Of a DNA stretch of 64,000 bases, positions 1 through 9,386 are shown piece by piece. Under the pieces are notes generated by a model. That model was not told where the DNA came from, ran no database searches, and saw only the letters and a program-made list of their open reading frames with translations. Position 1 is the stretch's first letter, and each line of letters starts with the position of its first letter. The stretch is taken from contig JBGARZ010000003.1 in the NCBI GenBank assembly GCA_044229975.1, positions 1 to 64,000 of the forward strand, in the 5' to 3' direction. Source of the DNA: Polyangiales bacterium. Its GTDB lineage: Bacteria > Myxococcota_A > Polyangia > Polyangiales > Ga0077539. The position numbers and the translations under genes were made by a program.

Positions 1-24
1 AGCCAGGATCAAACTCTCCAGTTG
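1..24 (-). rRNA. rrs: 16S rRNA, 5' end only (gene runs off the left edge of the window)
   Basis: Reverse complement of 1-24 is CAACTGGAGAGTTTGATCCTGGCT, containing the universal 27F site AGAGTTTGATCCTGGCT. Mature 5' end estimated by analogy to E. coli numbering. Confidence 0.95.
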
Positions 25-260
25 ATTCTGTTGCTAGATGAGAACCCGAAGGCTCCATCTTGGCGGCAGACTGGTGAGCTTTCTCCGACCTGTTCGATCG
101 TTGATTGCTCGATTCATTAACACGAGTCGTACGCTTCTCTCCCGAGAGCGCCGTACCCGTTTGCGTGTACGATTCTTCTACCGACGTCGGTCCCTCGTTG
201 CCGAGAGCCGCCGTCCGTGGACTCCAGACAGGTGATGTCTGAAGTCTCCTTGCAACCTGA

Positions 261-272
261 TTTTCAAAGACC
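261..272 (-). promoter_or_regulatory. rrn leader antitermination boxA
   Basis: Minus strand GGTCTTTGAAAA, boxA-like, between the promoters and the 16S 5' end. Confidence 0.75.
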
Positions 273-336
273 GGGTCGACCCCGATGGGGCCTTCGATCC
301 GTCCCGTTTTGAGAGCCTTCTCTCACCGGGGCGCCG

Positions 337-365
337 CTTCTACCTTCGCTCTCTTTCGCTGTCAA
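337..365 (-). promoter_or_regulatory. rrn proximal sigma70 promoter (P2-like)
   Basis: TTGACA (365-360), 17-bp spacer, TAGAAG (342-337), then GC-rich discriminator CGGCGC. Confidence 0.8.
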
Positions 366-424
366 CAGCTTTGAGAGCTTTTTTTCCTCGCTGCCGTCCG
401 TGGGGACCGCTGCGAGGGAGGAGA

Positions 425-453
425 CTTCTATCGAAGGGCTCGGACCCTGTCAA
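425..453 (-). promoter_or_regulatory. rrn distal sigma70 promoter (P1-like)
   Basis: TTGACA (453-448), 17-bp spacer, TAGAAG (430-425); same architecture as the proximal promoter. Confidence 0.75.
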
Positions 454-584
454 CGATCGTTTTGAAAGAATCGACCGTGGGCCTCCGTCCCCTTTCCGTG
501 GCCGGGCGCACACGCTCGAAAACGCCTTGTTTGCAGCCCGATCGGGACTTCGAGGCGGCCCGCTGGTTGCTCACCGCTGGGACC

Positions 585-3500
585 ATGAGCAACCCGACGC
601 CTCCGTCGCTCCCCTATCGCACCGTCCCCACGGCAGTACCCACCGCGTCGCGACCGCAGCGGCGCCGGCGGTTCGGCCTGGTGGGCATCGCCGCCGTGCT
701 CGGCGCGTACGTCACCTATCGCGCGCATCGGCCGACACCGCTGGCCTCACTCGCGTCCACCATCGGCGCGCAGACCCGCCCGACGGTGTCGCTGCTCGAA
801 CAGGAGCTCCGGGTTGCCACTCCCCTCGCCCCGCTCCTCGCCGCGGATGGTGCCGAGGCAGCGTCGCTGACCGCGCCCGCCGAGGGCACCTCACGCATCC
901 TGCGCGGACGCAGGCTGGTGCTGACGTTCAACCGGCTGATGGTTTCGTCGGAGCAGGTTGGGTCGGTGGCCGAAACGCCCGTCGCCCGCTTCGATCCCAC
1001 GGTAGCGGGGACCTTTCGATGGGTCACCCGAAGCATGGCGAGCTTCGAGCCTGCCGACGGTGTCTGGGCACGCGAGGTGGACGCGGCGCTCGCCCTCAAC
1101 CCCGCGCTGCGCTCTCTGGCGGGCGAGCCCATCGCGGAGGTGGGGGTTCGGCGAGTGGTGTTCGACGGGGCGGCGCGCGTCGACCCGACCGCGACGGCGG
1201 CGCGTGTGGCGGCGGGACAGCCCATCGCCATCGGCATGAGCCGAGACGTCGGCCCCGATGTGCTCGTGCGCGAGATGCTCGTGTACGAGATCGGCGCGGC
1301 AGGCCGCCAGCTTCCCTTCACGCTGCAGCGGCGCGGCACCGACGCCGATGGTCGGGCCCGGTTCGACCTGCGGCTTGCCCGCGCGATGGAGCCGGGCGCT
1401 CGCGTGGGCGTTGCCTTCGCGCCGTCGCGCTGGCCCTCGCTCTATCCGGCGTCACAGCTACCCAACCTGGAGGTCGAGTTTGAGCCGCCTCCTCAAGTAG
1501 AGGGGGTCGCCTGTCCCGATGAAGCGGGAGGCGAGTGCTCGTACGGTGCCGTCCCCGGCGGGATCGTCGACGTGAGCGATGTGCTGCGCCTGCGCGCGAC
1601 CGCCGCCATCGGTCCGGTCGACCCGTCACAGGTGGTGGTGCGCCCGGCCGTCGGTGGACTCACGGTGCGGGTCGCACAGCGAACGCTGTCCATCGCAGCC
1701 GAGTGGGCACCGGACCAGGTGTACGAGGTGCGCGTCGCCGGACTGCGAAGCGCCGAAGGGGCCGTCTTGCGGACCCTGGCGCCGCTGGCGGTGCGGAGCC
1801 GAGGGCTTCCGCCCGAGGTGCGCGCCCACACGGGACTCGTGACCGTCGAGCGCGATGGGTCGGCCGAGCTCCCAGTGGCGGGTGTTCACGTCGCCGCGGG
1901 CGATGTCTGGTACCGCGACGTCGCCCCGGGTGAGGAGGCCATGGCGGCGTCCATGTCCCTACTTCGCACCTCACAAGGGGAGGCGCCGAGGTGGCGATCG
2001 ACCGCCCTCGCGAGCGCTCTCCCGGGGGCGCGGTCCAACCGGTGGGCGGCAGGCCGGGTGCGCTGGGGAGCGGATGATCGCGCCGCGCAGATGCGGGTCG
2101 TCGAGCTCGTCGCAGACCGTACGCAGGCGGGCTCCAGCGCGTCGACCACCGTGGTGCAGCGGACGGACCTGGGTCTGCACGCGCAGGCGATGCGGGGTGG
2201 CGTGCTGGTGTGGGCGACCTCCATCGCCAACGCGACGCCTCTCGAAGGCGTGGAGCTGCGGATCGGAGACGGGATGGTGACCGACCGGGCGCGTACGGAC
2301 GCCAACGGCGTCGCCTGGGTCTCGCGCACGGGACACGACAGCGTGGAGCAGACCCTGACCGTCACCGCGTCACGAGGCGACGATCGCTCGGTGCTCGTGC
2401 TCGACCCGCGCCGGGCAATTCGACCGGGGGGCCTCGGGCTCGCGGAAGGCGAAGCGGCACCAGCCACCACCACCGGAACCATGGCGATGATGTTCACCGA
2501 TCGGGGCGTCGTGCGGCCGGGCGAGAGGCTTCACACCGCGGGAGTGCTGCGGCGGCGACGCGCCGACGGGCTTCACGCGGTGACCGGGCGGACGGTGGCG
2601 GTGGAGCTGTCGGGCCCCGATGGCGTCGTCGAGACCGTGCGGAGCCGCAGCACGCGATTCGGGTCGATCGGCGCGGACTTCGAGGTTCCGCGAACGGCGC
2701 GACCGGGTGCCTACACCGCGACGCTGCGCGAGGTGACCGGCGATCGGGTCGTGCTTGCGACGACGGCGGTGCAGGTCGCCGACCATCGACCCCCGAGGGT
2801 GCGTGCCGACCTCGTCGTGGAGAGTGCTCGGCTGATGGACGGTGAATCCCTGCGGGCCCGCGTGGAGTCGCGTCTCCTCATCGGCGCACCGCTCCGGGAC
2901 GCCCCGGTTCGTTGGACTGTCACCCGAGAGGGCAAGGCGCCGGACCCGACGGGGCATGGTGGGTATGTGTTCGGGCTGGCGGGCACCTCGACGTATGCGC
3001 CCGTGGCGGCAACGACGACCGCGACGACCGACGCGCGAGGCACGGCCACAGCGAGCCTCGCGATGCGCTCGGCCTATCCGCAGCGGGAGCGTGTTCGGGT
3101 CGAGGCGAGCGTGCGCGATGCCACCGGAGGCGAGACCAGCGCCTCGCGGGTGCTGACCCTCCTGCCCGCTGAGGTGGAGGTCGGACTGCGGACGCTTCCT
3201 CCCTTCGTGACCCTCGGGACGGCGGTCGATCCGACGGCCCTCGTGCTGGCGTCGGATGGAACCTCCGTCGTCGGACAGACGGTGCGCGTGACGATCCATC
3301 GAGAGGGTTGGCGCGCGTGGTGGGAGCGCGACGATGCGGGGGCCGAGCACGCGGCGACGACCGGTTTCGTCGCCCGCCGCTCGCAAGCGCGCACCGCCGA
3401 GCACGAGTGCACCCTGCGGTCGGGGACCGAAGGCGTCGCCTGCGCGTGGAGGCCGACCCAGCCCGGCGCATTCCTCGTCGCCGCGGAGGTGCGGGATGCA

Positions 3501-6275
3501 CGCGGTCGGGTGAGCGTCGCGACGCAGCGGTTGTACGTCGCGGGCCCCGGTCATCACCCCGATCGTGATCCGCCCGGAGCGAGCATCACCCTCACCCCGC
3601 AGCGCACGCAGCTCTCCGCGGGTGAGACCGCCCGCATCGCCGTCGAGTGCCCGTGGCCCGAGGGCGAGGCGCTCATCGCCGTCGGCCGTGGTGCCCCGAC
3701 GTTCACGGCACGTCGGCGCCTCGTCGCGGGAGGCAACGTGCTGGAGGTTCCGGTGAGCGCGGCGATGGCGCCCAACACCTTCGTGACAGTGACGCTCGTT
3801 CGCCCGCGCACCGGCGCGCTACGGCCGCTCGGCGACCTCGACCTCGACGCGCCGGACCTGCGCTGGGGAGCGACCGAGCTCAGCGTTCGGCCGGAGGTGG
3901 CGCAGCTCTCCGTCGACTGGACGACGCCCGCGACGCTGGAAGGGTCGTCGGCCCACCACACCAGCACCGTGCGCGTGCACGACCCCGCCGGGAACCCCGT
4001 GCGCGCCGAGGTCACCGTCTACGCCGTCGAGGAAGGCACGCTCCGTCTGTCAGCGTACGAGACCCCCTCGCCCATGCGGTCGCTCTTCCGCCGCGAGGCG
4101 CCGCAGTTTGCGCTCGAAGACCTGCGCCGAACGCTGCTCAGCCGCGTGACACCGCTGGCGCTCCCCGGAGCGAGCGGCGACGGACCGGAGGGAGACTCTC
4201 TCCTACGTGACGACCGCGAGCGCTTCGACCCGACGCCCGTGTGGCTGCCGCGTGTCGCAACGGACGCCCAGGGCGAGGCCCAGATCACGTTGGACCTCCC
4301 CAACCGCGCCGCCGGGTATCGCCTCTTCGCGGTGGCCATCGACCACGGCGGGAGGTCGGGCGCGGCGACGCGCGAGATCGCCGTTCGCAAGGACGTCGTC
4401 GTCGAGGCGCTGGCTCCGCGGGCGGTCTTCGCGGGAGATCACTACGAAGCGACGGCGGTGCTGCACAACACCTCGGAGCAGGCTCTCGACGTGGCGCTGA
4501 CGGGGTCGAGGGAAGGGCGTTCGGTGCTGGTGCAGACCGTGGCCATCGGGCCTGGAGCGGAGGCGCGGGTGCCCGTTGCCGTCGACGCGAGTGGTGAGCG
4601 TGTGGCGCTGGAGTTTCGCGCGGTCGCCCATGGAATCGCGGAGGTTGCCAGCGTGTCGACGGTGGTGTTGCCGACGACCCGGAGGGTTCGCGCGCTGCGC
4701 CTCGGGGTCATCGCGGCCAACGGGACCCTCGACCTGCGTGACATCCCGACGGCCGATCCGTCGCAACGTGTGACGCTGTCGCTGAGCACGAGCCCGATGA
4801 TCGGTCTCGGTGCAGCGGTCGCGGCGCTCTTCGAGGGCGACGACGATGGCAGCACCCTCGCAGCCCGTGTGTTGGGCCTCGCCTCGACCGCGCGAGTCGC
4901 AGGAGCCTGGGACAGCGGTGGGATGTCGGCGGCCGCGCTGCGCCAGGAGGGCGAGCGTGCGCTTGCGTCACTCGCGGCACATCGGTCGACGCTCGGAGGC
5001 TACGGCGAATGGTCGGGCGAAGCGGAGAACAGCGGGACGACGCTGCTGGCGTTCGAGGTGCTGCTGGCCGCGCGGCGAGCGCACTGGAACGTCTCGGCCG
5101 ACGCGATGACGCGAGCCATGCGGCGGGTCGAGGCGATGACCCGCGGTGAAGATGGAGCCCGTGAGACGGGGCTCTCCATGGACGACCGCGCCTGGGCTGC
5201 GATGCTGCTCCGCGCCGCCGACGCGCCGGTGACGGGTCTTCAGGAGTTGCACGAGCGGCGTGACCTGATGAGCCCCTTCGGTCGCGCGGCGCTCGCCCTC
5301 GCGATGTCGTCGTTCGACCTGCGCGCACGCTCGCTCGTTGTCTCCGCGGCGGAGCAGCTCGAAGCGACGAGGCGCGGAGACCACCCGGGTTACCGCTGGT
5401 ACGTGGGCGAAGGTCGGGTGCTCGCGACGCTGCTGCGCGCCGCGGCGGTGCACGCTCCCGAGCGGGTGGCCGGGCTCTCGGCTGCGCTGAGCGCGTTGCG
5501 CGATGTGCGTGGTGACGGCGCCTGGCGTGACGTGGGCGAGACCGCGGCGGCCCTCAACGCCTTCGCGGAAGCGACCCTCCGGTGCGGGGCAGAGACGCCC
5601 GTCGAGGCGGCGGTCGCCGTCGGGGGACGGTCGCTCGGCGCCACGAGTCGTAGCCGATCGACCCTGCGGTTCGCGGTGCCCACGCTCACCGCAACCGCCT
5701 CGCTCGCCGTGCAGAGCGGCGTGCCTCTGTACTTCGCGGTGGAGTCGACACGTGACGTCGCGCTCGGTGCCACGGACGACCTCGCTCGCGGGCGTGGGGT
5801 GAGCCTGCACCGGGTCTTCGAGACTGCCGCGGGGCAGGCGCTCGCCGATGGGGCGACGGTGCGCGTGGGCGAGCTGGTGCGGGTGCGGCTGTTCGTTCAT
5901 TCGGAGGAGTCGACCCCGGCGGTGGTGACGCTGCGCGATCCGCTCGGTGGGGGCTTCGAGCCCGTAGACGCGGCCTTCGAGACGACGCCGCGGGCTGAGG
6001 TGATGGCGCTCGTCGGCGCCGGGCCGGACGACGACGCGATGGACGCGCGGGTCTTCCACGCGCTGCGCTCGGTGGACCAGATCGTCCATCGATCATTGCG
6101 GCCGCAAGGCGTCGTCTACCGGCTCAGCGAGGGTCAGGGGCTGCGGGAATTCACCTTTGCGGTGCGGGCCACCACGGCGGGTCGCTTCGTGCTGCCGCCG
6201 GCGACGCTCGAAGCGCGCTTCAGTCCGCAGCTCGTCGCGCGGAGCGGGATGGTGCACTTCACGGTGGCTCCGTGA
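585..6275 (+). CDS. Bacterial alpha-2-macroglobulin family protein (MG2 domains), N-terminal membrane anchor
   Basis: ~1,900 aa. Motifs FTDRGVVRPGE, TDLGL, AVEEGTLRL, ERFDPTPVW, VGELVRVRL, DPLGGGFEP, RATTAGRFVLPPA. Directly upstream of pbpC. ATG 585 chosen over the track's TTG 462, which sits beside the rrn promoter. Confidence 0.9.
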   Translation: MSNPTPPSLPYRTVPTAVPTASRPQRRRRFGLVGIAAVLGAYVTYRAHRPTPLASLASTIGAQTRPTVSLLEQELRVATPLAPLLAADGAEAASLTAPAEGTSRILRGRRLVLTFNRLMVSSEQVGSVAETPVARFDPTVAGTFRWVTRSMASFEPADGVWAREVDAALALNPALRSLAGEPIAEVGVRRVVFDGAARVDPTATAARVAAGQPIAIGMSRDVGPDVLVREMLVYEIGAAGRQLPFTLQRRGTDADGRARFDLRLARAMEPGARVGVAFAPSRWPSLYPASQLPNLEVEFEPPPQVEGVACPDEAGGECSYGAVPGGIVDVSDVLRLRATAAIGPVDPSQVVVRPAVGGLTVRVAQRTLSIAAEWAPDQVYEVRVAGLRSAEGAVLRTLAPLAVRSRGLPPEVRAHTGLVTVERDGSAELPVAGVHVAAGDVWYRDVAPGEEAMAASMSLLRTSQGEAPRWRSTALASALPGARSNRWAAGRVRWGADDRAAQMRVVELVADRTQAGSSASTTVVQRTDLGLHAQAMRGGVLVWATSIANATPLEGVELRIGDGMVTDRARTDANGVAWVSRTGHDSVEQTLTVTASRGDDRSVLVLDPRRAIRPGGLGLAEGEAAPATTTGTMAMMFTDRGVVRPGERLHTAGVLRRRRADGLHAVTGRTVAVELSGPDGVVETVRSRSTRFGSIGADFEVPRTARPGAYTATLREVTGDRVVLATTAVQVADHRPPRVRADLVVESARLMDGESLRARVESRLLIGAPLRDAPVRWTVTREGKAPDPTGHGGYVFGLAGTSTYAPVAATTTATTDARGTATASLAMRSAYPQRERVRVEASVRDATGGETSASRVLTLLPAEVEVGLRTLPPFVTLGTAVDPTALVLASDGTSVVGQTVRVTIHREGWRAWWERDDAGAEHAATTGFVARRSQARTAEHECTLRSGTEGVACAWRPTQPGAFLVAAEVRDARGRVSVATQRLYVAGPGHHPDRDPPGASITLTPQRTQLSAGETARIAVECPWPEGEALIAVGRGAPTFTARRRLVAGGNVLEVPVSAAMAPNTFVTVTLVRPRTGALRPLGDLDLDAPDLRWGATELSVRPEVAQLSVDWTTPATLEGSSAHHTSTVRVHDPAGNPVRAEVTVYAVEEGTLRLSAYETPSPMRSLFRREAPQFALEDLRRTLLSRVTPLALPGASGDGPEGDSLLRDDRERFDPTPVWLPRVATDAQGEAQITLDLPNRAAGYRLFAVAIDHGGRSGAATREIAVRKDVVVEALAPRAVFAGDHYEATAVLHNTSEQALDVALTGSREGRSVLVQTVAIGPGAEARVPVAVDASGERVALEFRAVAHGIAEVASVSTVVLPTTRRVRALRLGVIAANGTLDLRDIPTADPSQRVTLSLSTSPMIGLGAAVAALFEGDDDGSTLAARVLGLASTARVAGAWDSGGMSAAALRQEGERALASLAAHRSTLGGYGEWSGEAENSGTTLLAFEVLLAARRAHWNVSADAMTRAMRRVEAMTRGEDGARETGLSMDDRAWAAMLLRAADAPVTGLQELHERRDLMSPFGRAALALAMSSFDLRARSLVVSAAEQLEATRRGDHPGYRWYVGEGRVLATLLRAAAVHAPERVAGLSAALSALRDVRGDGAWRDVGETAAALNAFAEATLRCGAETPVEAAVAVGGRSLGATSRSRSTLRFAVPTLTATASLAVQSGVPLYFAVESTRDVALGATDDLARGRGVSLHRVFETAAGQALADGATVRVGELVRVRLFVHSEESTPAVVTLRDPLGGGFEPVDAAFETTPRAEVMALVGAGPDDDAMDARVFHALRSVDQIVHRSLRPQGVVYRLSEGQGLREFTFAVRATTAGRFVLPPATLEARFSPQLVARSGMVHFTVAP

Positions 6276-8392
6276 GACGCGCGTGGTCGTTGGTGGCGGT
6301 GGCGGTGGCGGCATGGTGGCTCGCGGGCATCACGATCGACCGCTGGGTCTCCATCGACCGCGCGCGCTTCGGGGTGGCCGAGGCGCCGCGCGTGGTGACC
6401 GACCGCAACGGCGCGGTGTTGCAGGTCGCGCGGGTCGGCGGCGTCGATCAGCGCTGGGTCGGGCTCGGTGCGGTCTCGCCTCATCTGGTGAGCGCGCTGC
6501 TCGCCGCGGAGGACCGTCGGTTCTTCGCGCACCACGGGGTCGACCTGCGGGCGAGCGCGCGCGCCATCGTCGACCTGGTCGTCCCGTGGCGACGGCGCAG
6601 CGGGGGGTCGACCCTGACGCAGCAGGTGGTGAAGCTGGCCTACGGGCGCCCGCACGGGCTCTGGAGCAAGCCCATGGAGGTGCTGCGCGCGCTTGCCCTG
6701 GAGAGGGTCGCGTCGAAGGACGAGATCCTGGTGCAGTACCTCAACCGTGCGCCCTTCGGGCACAACGTGGTGGGCGTCGCGCGAGCGTGCGAGGTGTTTC
6801 TCGGCAAGGGTCCCGAGACGCTCACGGTCGCCGAAGCGGCGCTGCTCGCCGCGCTTCCGCAGGCACCCGCGCGGCTCGACCCGGCGGCGCACCTGCAACG
6901 CGCCGTCGCGCGGCGGGACAGGGTGTTGCGACGGATGCGGGACTCGGGCTTCATCGACGAGCGGGCGCTGCGCGAGGCGCTCGCCGAGGCGCCGCGGTGG
7001 GCGAGTGATGCGCACCCGCGCGGGGCGGAGGGCTTCGTGGACGCGTTGTTCCGGTCGGGGGCGGGCGCGGGTGAGCGGTCGGTGCGGGGCTCGCTCGACC
7101 GGCGGCTTCAGCAAGACGCGTCGACGCTGATGGCCTCAACCGTTGCTCGGTGGCGGGCGCGCGGGGCGAGCAACGGCGCGGCGGTGGTGCTCGCCAACGG
7201 GACGGGCGAGGTGCTGGCGTACGTGGCAGCAGCCGACCCGGCGGGGCCGGGTGGGGCGCTCGATCTGCTGCGAGCGCCGCGGCAGCCGGGGTCGACGCTC
7301 AAGCCCTTCGTGTACTCGCTACTCTTCGAGCGGGGCGCCACACCGATGACGGTGATGGCGGACGTGCAGGTTCCGTTGCGAGGAGCCCACGGCGAGACCG
7401 CGGAGGCGAGGGACTACGACGGAATGGAGCGCGGCCCCGTCGCGGCACGGGATGCGCTCGCGTCGTCACTCAACCTCGCGGCGTTGGACGCGGCCACGCG
7501 GATGGGCGCGGCGCCGATCGTCCAGAGGATGCGCGCGCTCGGCATCAACGTTCCGCGCGAAGCCGATCACTACGGCCCCGGCATCGTGCTCGGTGGGCTC
7601 GACGTCGCGCCCCTCGCCCTCGCCCACGCCTACCTGACGCTCGCGCGTGGCGGCACCCGCGTCCCGCTCTCGTGGACTGCGCGAACCGGTGCGCTCCCTG
7701 GAACCGTCGTCATGGGTGCCGATGCGACGGCGATGACCTGGGACGTGCTCAGCGACGCGGAGGCGCGGGCGCGCGGCTTCGGACGGTCGCTGCGGGAGCT
7801 GAGCCCGGAAGGTCCCTTCGCTCTGAAGACCGGGACCTCCAGTCGATGGCGCGACGCCTGGTGCGTGGTCGCCGATGACCGCTTTACCGCGCTGGTGTGG
7901 TTGGGCGATCCGCGCGGGGCGCCGATGTCGGGCGTCTCGGGCTTCGAGGCGGCGGCGCCGACGGCGGTGCGTCTGCTCGCGGCGACCCGGGCGGCGCTCC
8001 CGCGGTGGCCCGCATGGCGCGCACCATCGCGGGCTACGACCGAGCTCGCGGCGCGGTCGAACGACCTCACTGGCGACACGCTCGATGCGCGCTTTGCGTC
8101 GTGGGTCGATCGGGCGCGCCCGGCTCACCTCACCATCGACCGCACGGTCGCAGCGACGGCGCCGAGGGTGTTGGATCCACAGTCGGGTCGAACCCTGCTG
8201 CTGCCGCGCGCTGGCGCCTCCATCCCCTTGCGAGCGACGGCATGTGCAAACGACGACGCGCCTCGTTTCCGGGTCGATGGATCGGCGCTGGCTTCGACGC
8301 TCTGGGCGGCGACGGATGGCGCGCACGAGATCGCGGCGTGCTGCGGCCCGCGGTGTGGTGATCCGGTGCGGGTGATCGTCGAGCGGCGGTAG
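6272..8392 (+). CDS. pbpC: Penicillin-binding protein 1C (transglycosylase + transpeptidase)
   Basis: GT51 motifs [34 protein letters not shown]; transpeptidase motifs STLK, SLN, KTG; 4-bp overlap with the alpha-2-macroglobulin gene. Confidence 0.92.
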   Translation: MRRAWSLVAVAVAAWWLAGITIDRWVSIDRARFGVAEAPRVVTDRNGAVLQVARVGGVDQRWVGLGAVSPHLVSALLAAEDRRFFAHHGVDLRASARAIVDLVVPWRRRSGGSTLTQQVVKLAYGRPHGLWSKPMEVLRALALERVASKDEILVQYLNRAPFGHNVVGVARACEVFLGKGPETLTVAEAALLAALPQAPARLDPAAHLQRAVARRDRVLRRMRDSGFIDERALREALAEAPRWASDAHPRGAEGFVDALFRSGAGAGERSVRGSLDRRLQQDASTLMASTVARWRARGASNGAAVVLANGTGEVLAYVAAADPAGPGGALDLLRAPRQPGSTLKPFVYSLLFERGATPMTVMADVQVPLRGAHGETAEARDYDGMERGPVAARDALASSLNLAALDAATRMGAAPIVQRMRALGINVPREADHYGPGIVLGGLDVAPLALAHAYLTLARGGTRVPLSWTARTGALPGTVVMGADATAMTWDVLSDAEARARGFGRSLRELSPEGPFALKTGTSSRWRDAWCVVADDRFTALVWLGDPRGAPMSGVSGFEAAAPTAVRLLAATRAALPRWPAWRAPSRATTELAARSNDLTGDTLDARFASWVDRARPAHLTIDRTVAATAPRVLDPQSGRTLLLPRAGASIPLRATACANDDAPRFRVDGSALASTLWAATDGAHEIAACCGPRCGDPVRVIVERR

Positions 8393-8438
8393 CCCATCGT
8401 TTGCGTCGCGTGTGGACCGGGGACTACCGTCCCGTCCG

Positions 8439-9383
8439 ATGCGTCCCTGGCAAATGGTGTTGGTGCTGCCGATGGCCTGTGGCGCGAGGACGCCGCTCGC
8501 AGACGAAGACGCCGCGACGAGCTCCGACCGCGTGGTCGTCGTCGTCGATCAACCCGTCGCGTTGGATCGACCAGCCCCGGTGACCGACCTCGGCATCGAC
8601 GTGCCGGTGGACGCCGGAACGGTCATCGATCGGCCGATCGTCGCGCCCGTCGATCGACCGGGCTTTTGCGGAGATGGGGTGGTCGGCGCAGGAGAGCAGT
8701 GCGATCGCGGCGGGGACAACGGGCCTACCGATGCGTTCGTGCTGTCGCAGCCGGGGCGCCCGTCGACCGTGGTGCGCCCGCTCGTGGCAGTCGGGCCCGT
8801 CGCGCGCTTCTACAACTACGACTCTGCGAGCGCGCACACGGGCTTCGAGGAGCCCGGGCTCATCAATCACCTCCTCTTCGTCGACCTGACCACCGGGACC
8901 CTCAGCCTGGTGCTCGTGGCCGGTCGCGACGGCGACCTCGGGATACCGCCAGAGCAGCCCGACGCCACGCTTCACATCAACTGGACCGGCGTGCCCGCAG
9001 GCGCGCGCATCGGCATGTCGGACGAGATGGGCGAGTTCACCGCCACAGGCGCGAGCACCTTCCAGGGGCGCTGGAGCTTCCAGAACAACTCCGACGGCGG
9101 TGCCATCGAGAGGCTCGCGTGGGACCAAGCCTGGCGCATCGTGGCGAGCACCTCGCGTGTGGAGGGCCTCATCCGCTCACGCTTCATCGGTGCGAGCGGC
9201 GCCACCAGCCCACTCACCCTTCGCGACGATGTGGTGCTCACCCACCGCGTCGGTGACCTGTGTAGCGAAGACTGTCGACGCGCCGTCTGTGGCGACGGTC
9301 GGCTCGACGCGAACGAGCGCTGCGACGACGGCAACACGTCCGGCGGCGACGGCTGCTCGGCCGACTGCCAACGCTACGAGTGA
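8439..9383 (+). CDS. Putative lipoprotein with Myxococcus cysteine-rich repeats (DUF4215-like)
   Basis: Short signal ending MACG; repeats [13 protein letters not shown] and [27 protein letters not shown]. Confidence 0.8.
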   Translation: MRPWQMVLVLPMACGARTPLADEDAATSSDRVVVVVDQPVALDRPAPVTDLGIDVPVDAGTVIDRPIVAPVDRPGFCGDGVVGAGEQCDRGGDNGPTDAFVLSQPGRPSTVVRPLVAVGPVARFYNYDSASAHTGFEEPGLINHLLFVDLTTGTLSLVLVAGRDGDLGIPPEQPDATLHINWTGVPAGARIGMSDEMGEFTATGASTFQGRWSFQNNSDGGAIERLAWDQAWRIVASTSRVEGLIRSRFIGASGATSPLTLRDDVVLTHRVGDLCSEDCRRAVCGDGRLDANERCDDGNTSGGDGCSADCQRYE

Positions 9384-9386
9384 GCC

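Noticed and set aside
38..235. 65-aa ORF in the rrn leader
   Set aside because: Antisense to the pre-16S leader; no coding features.
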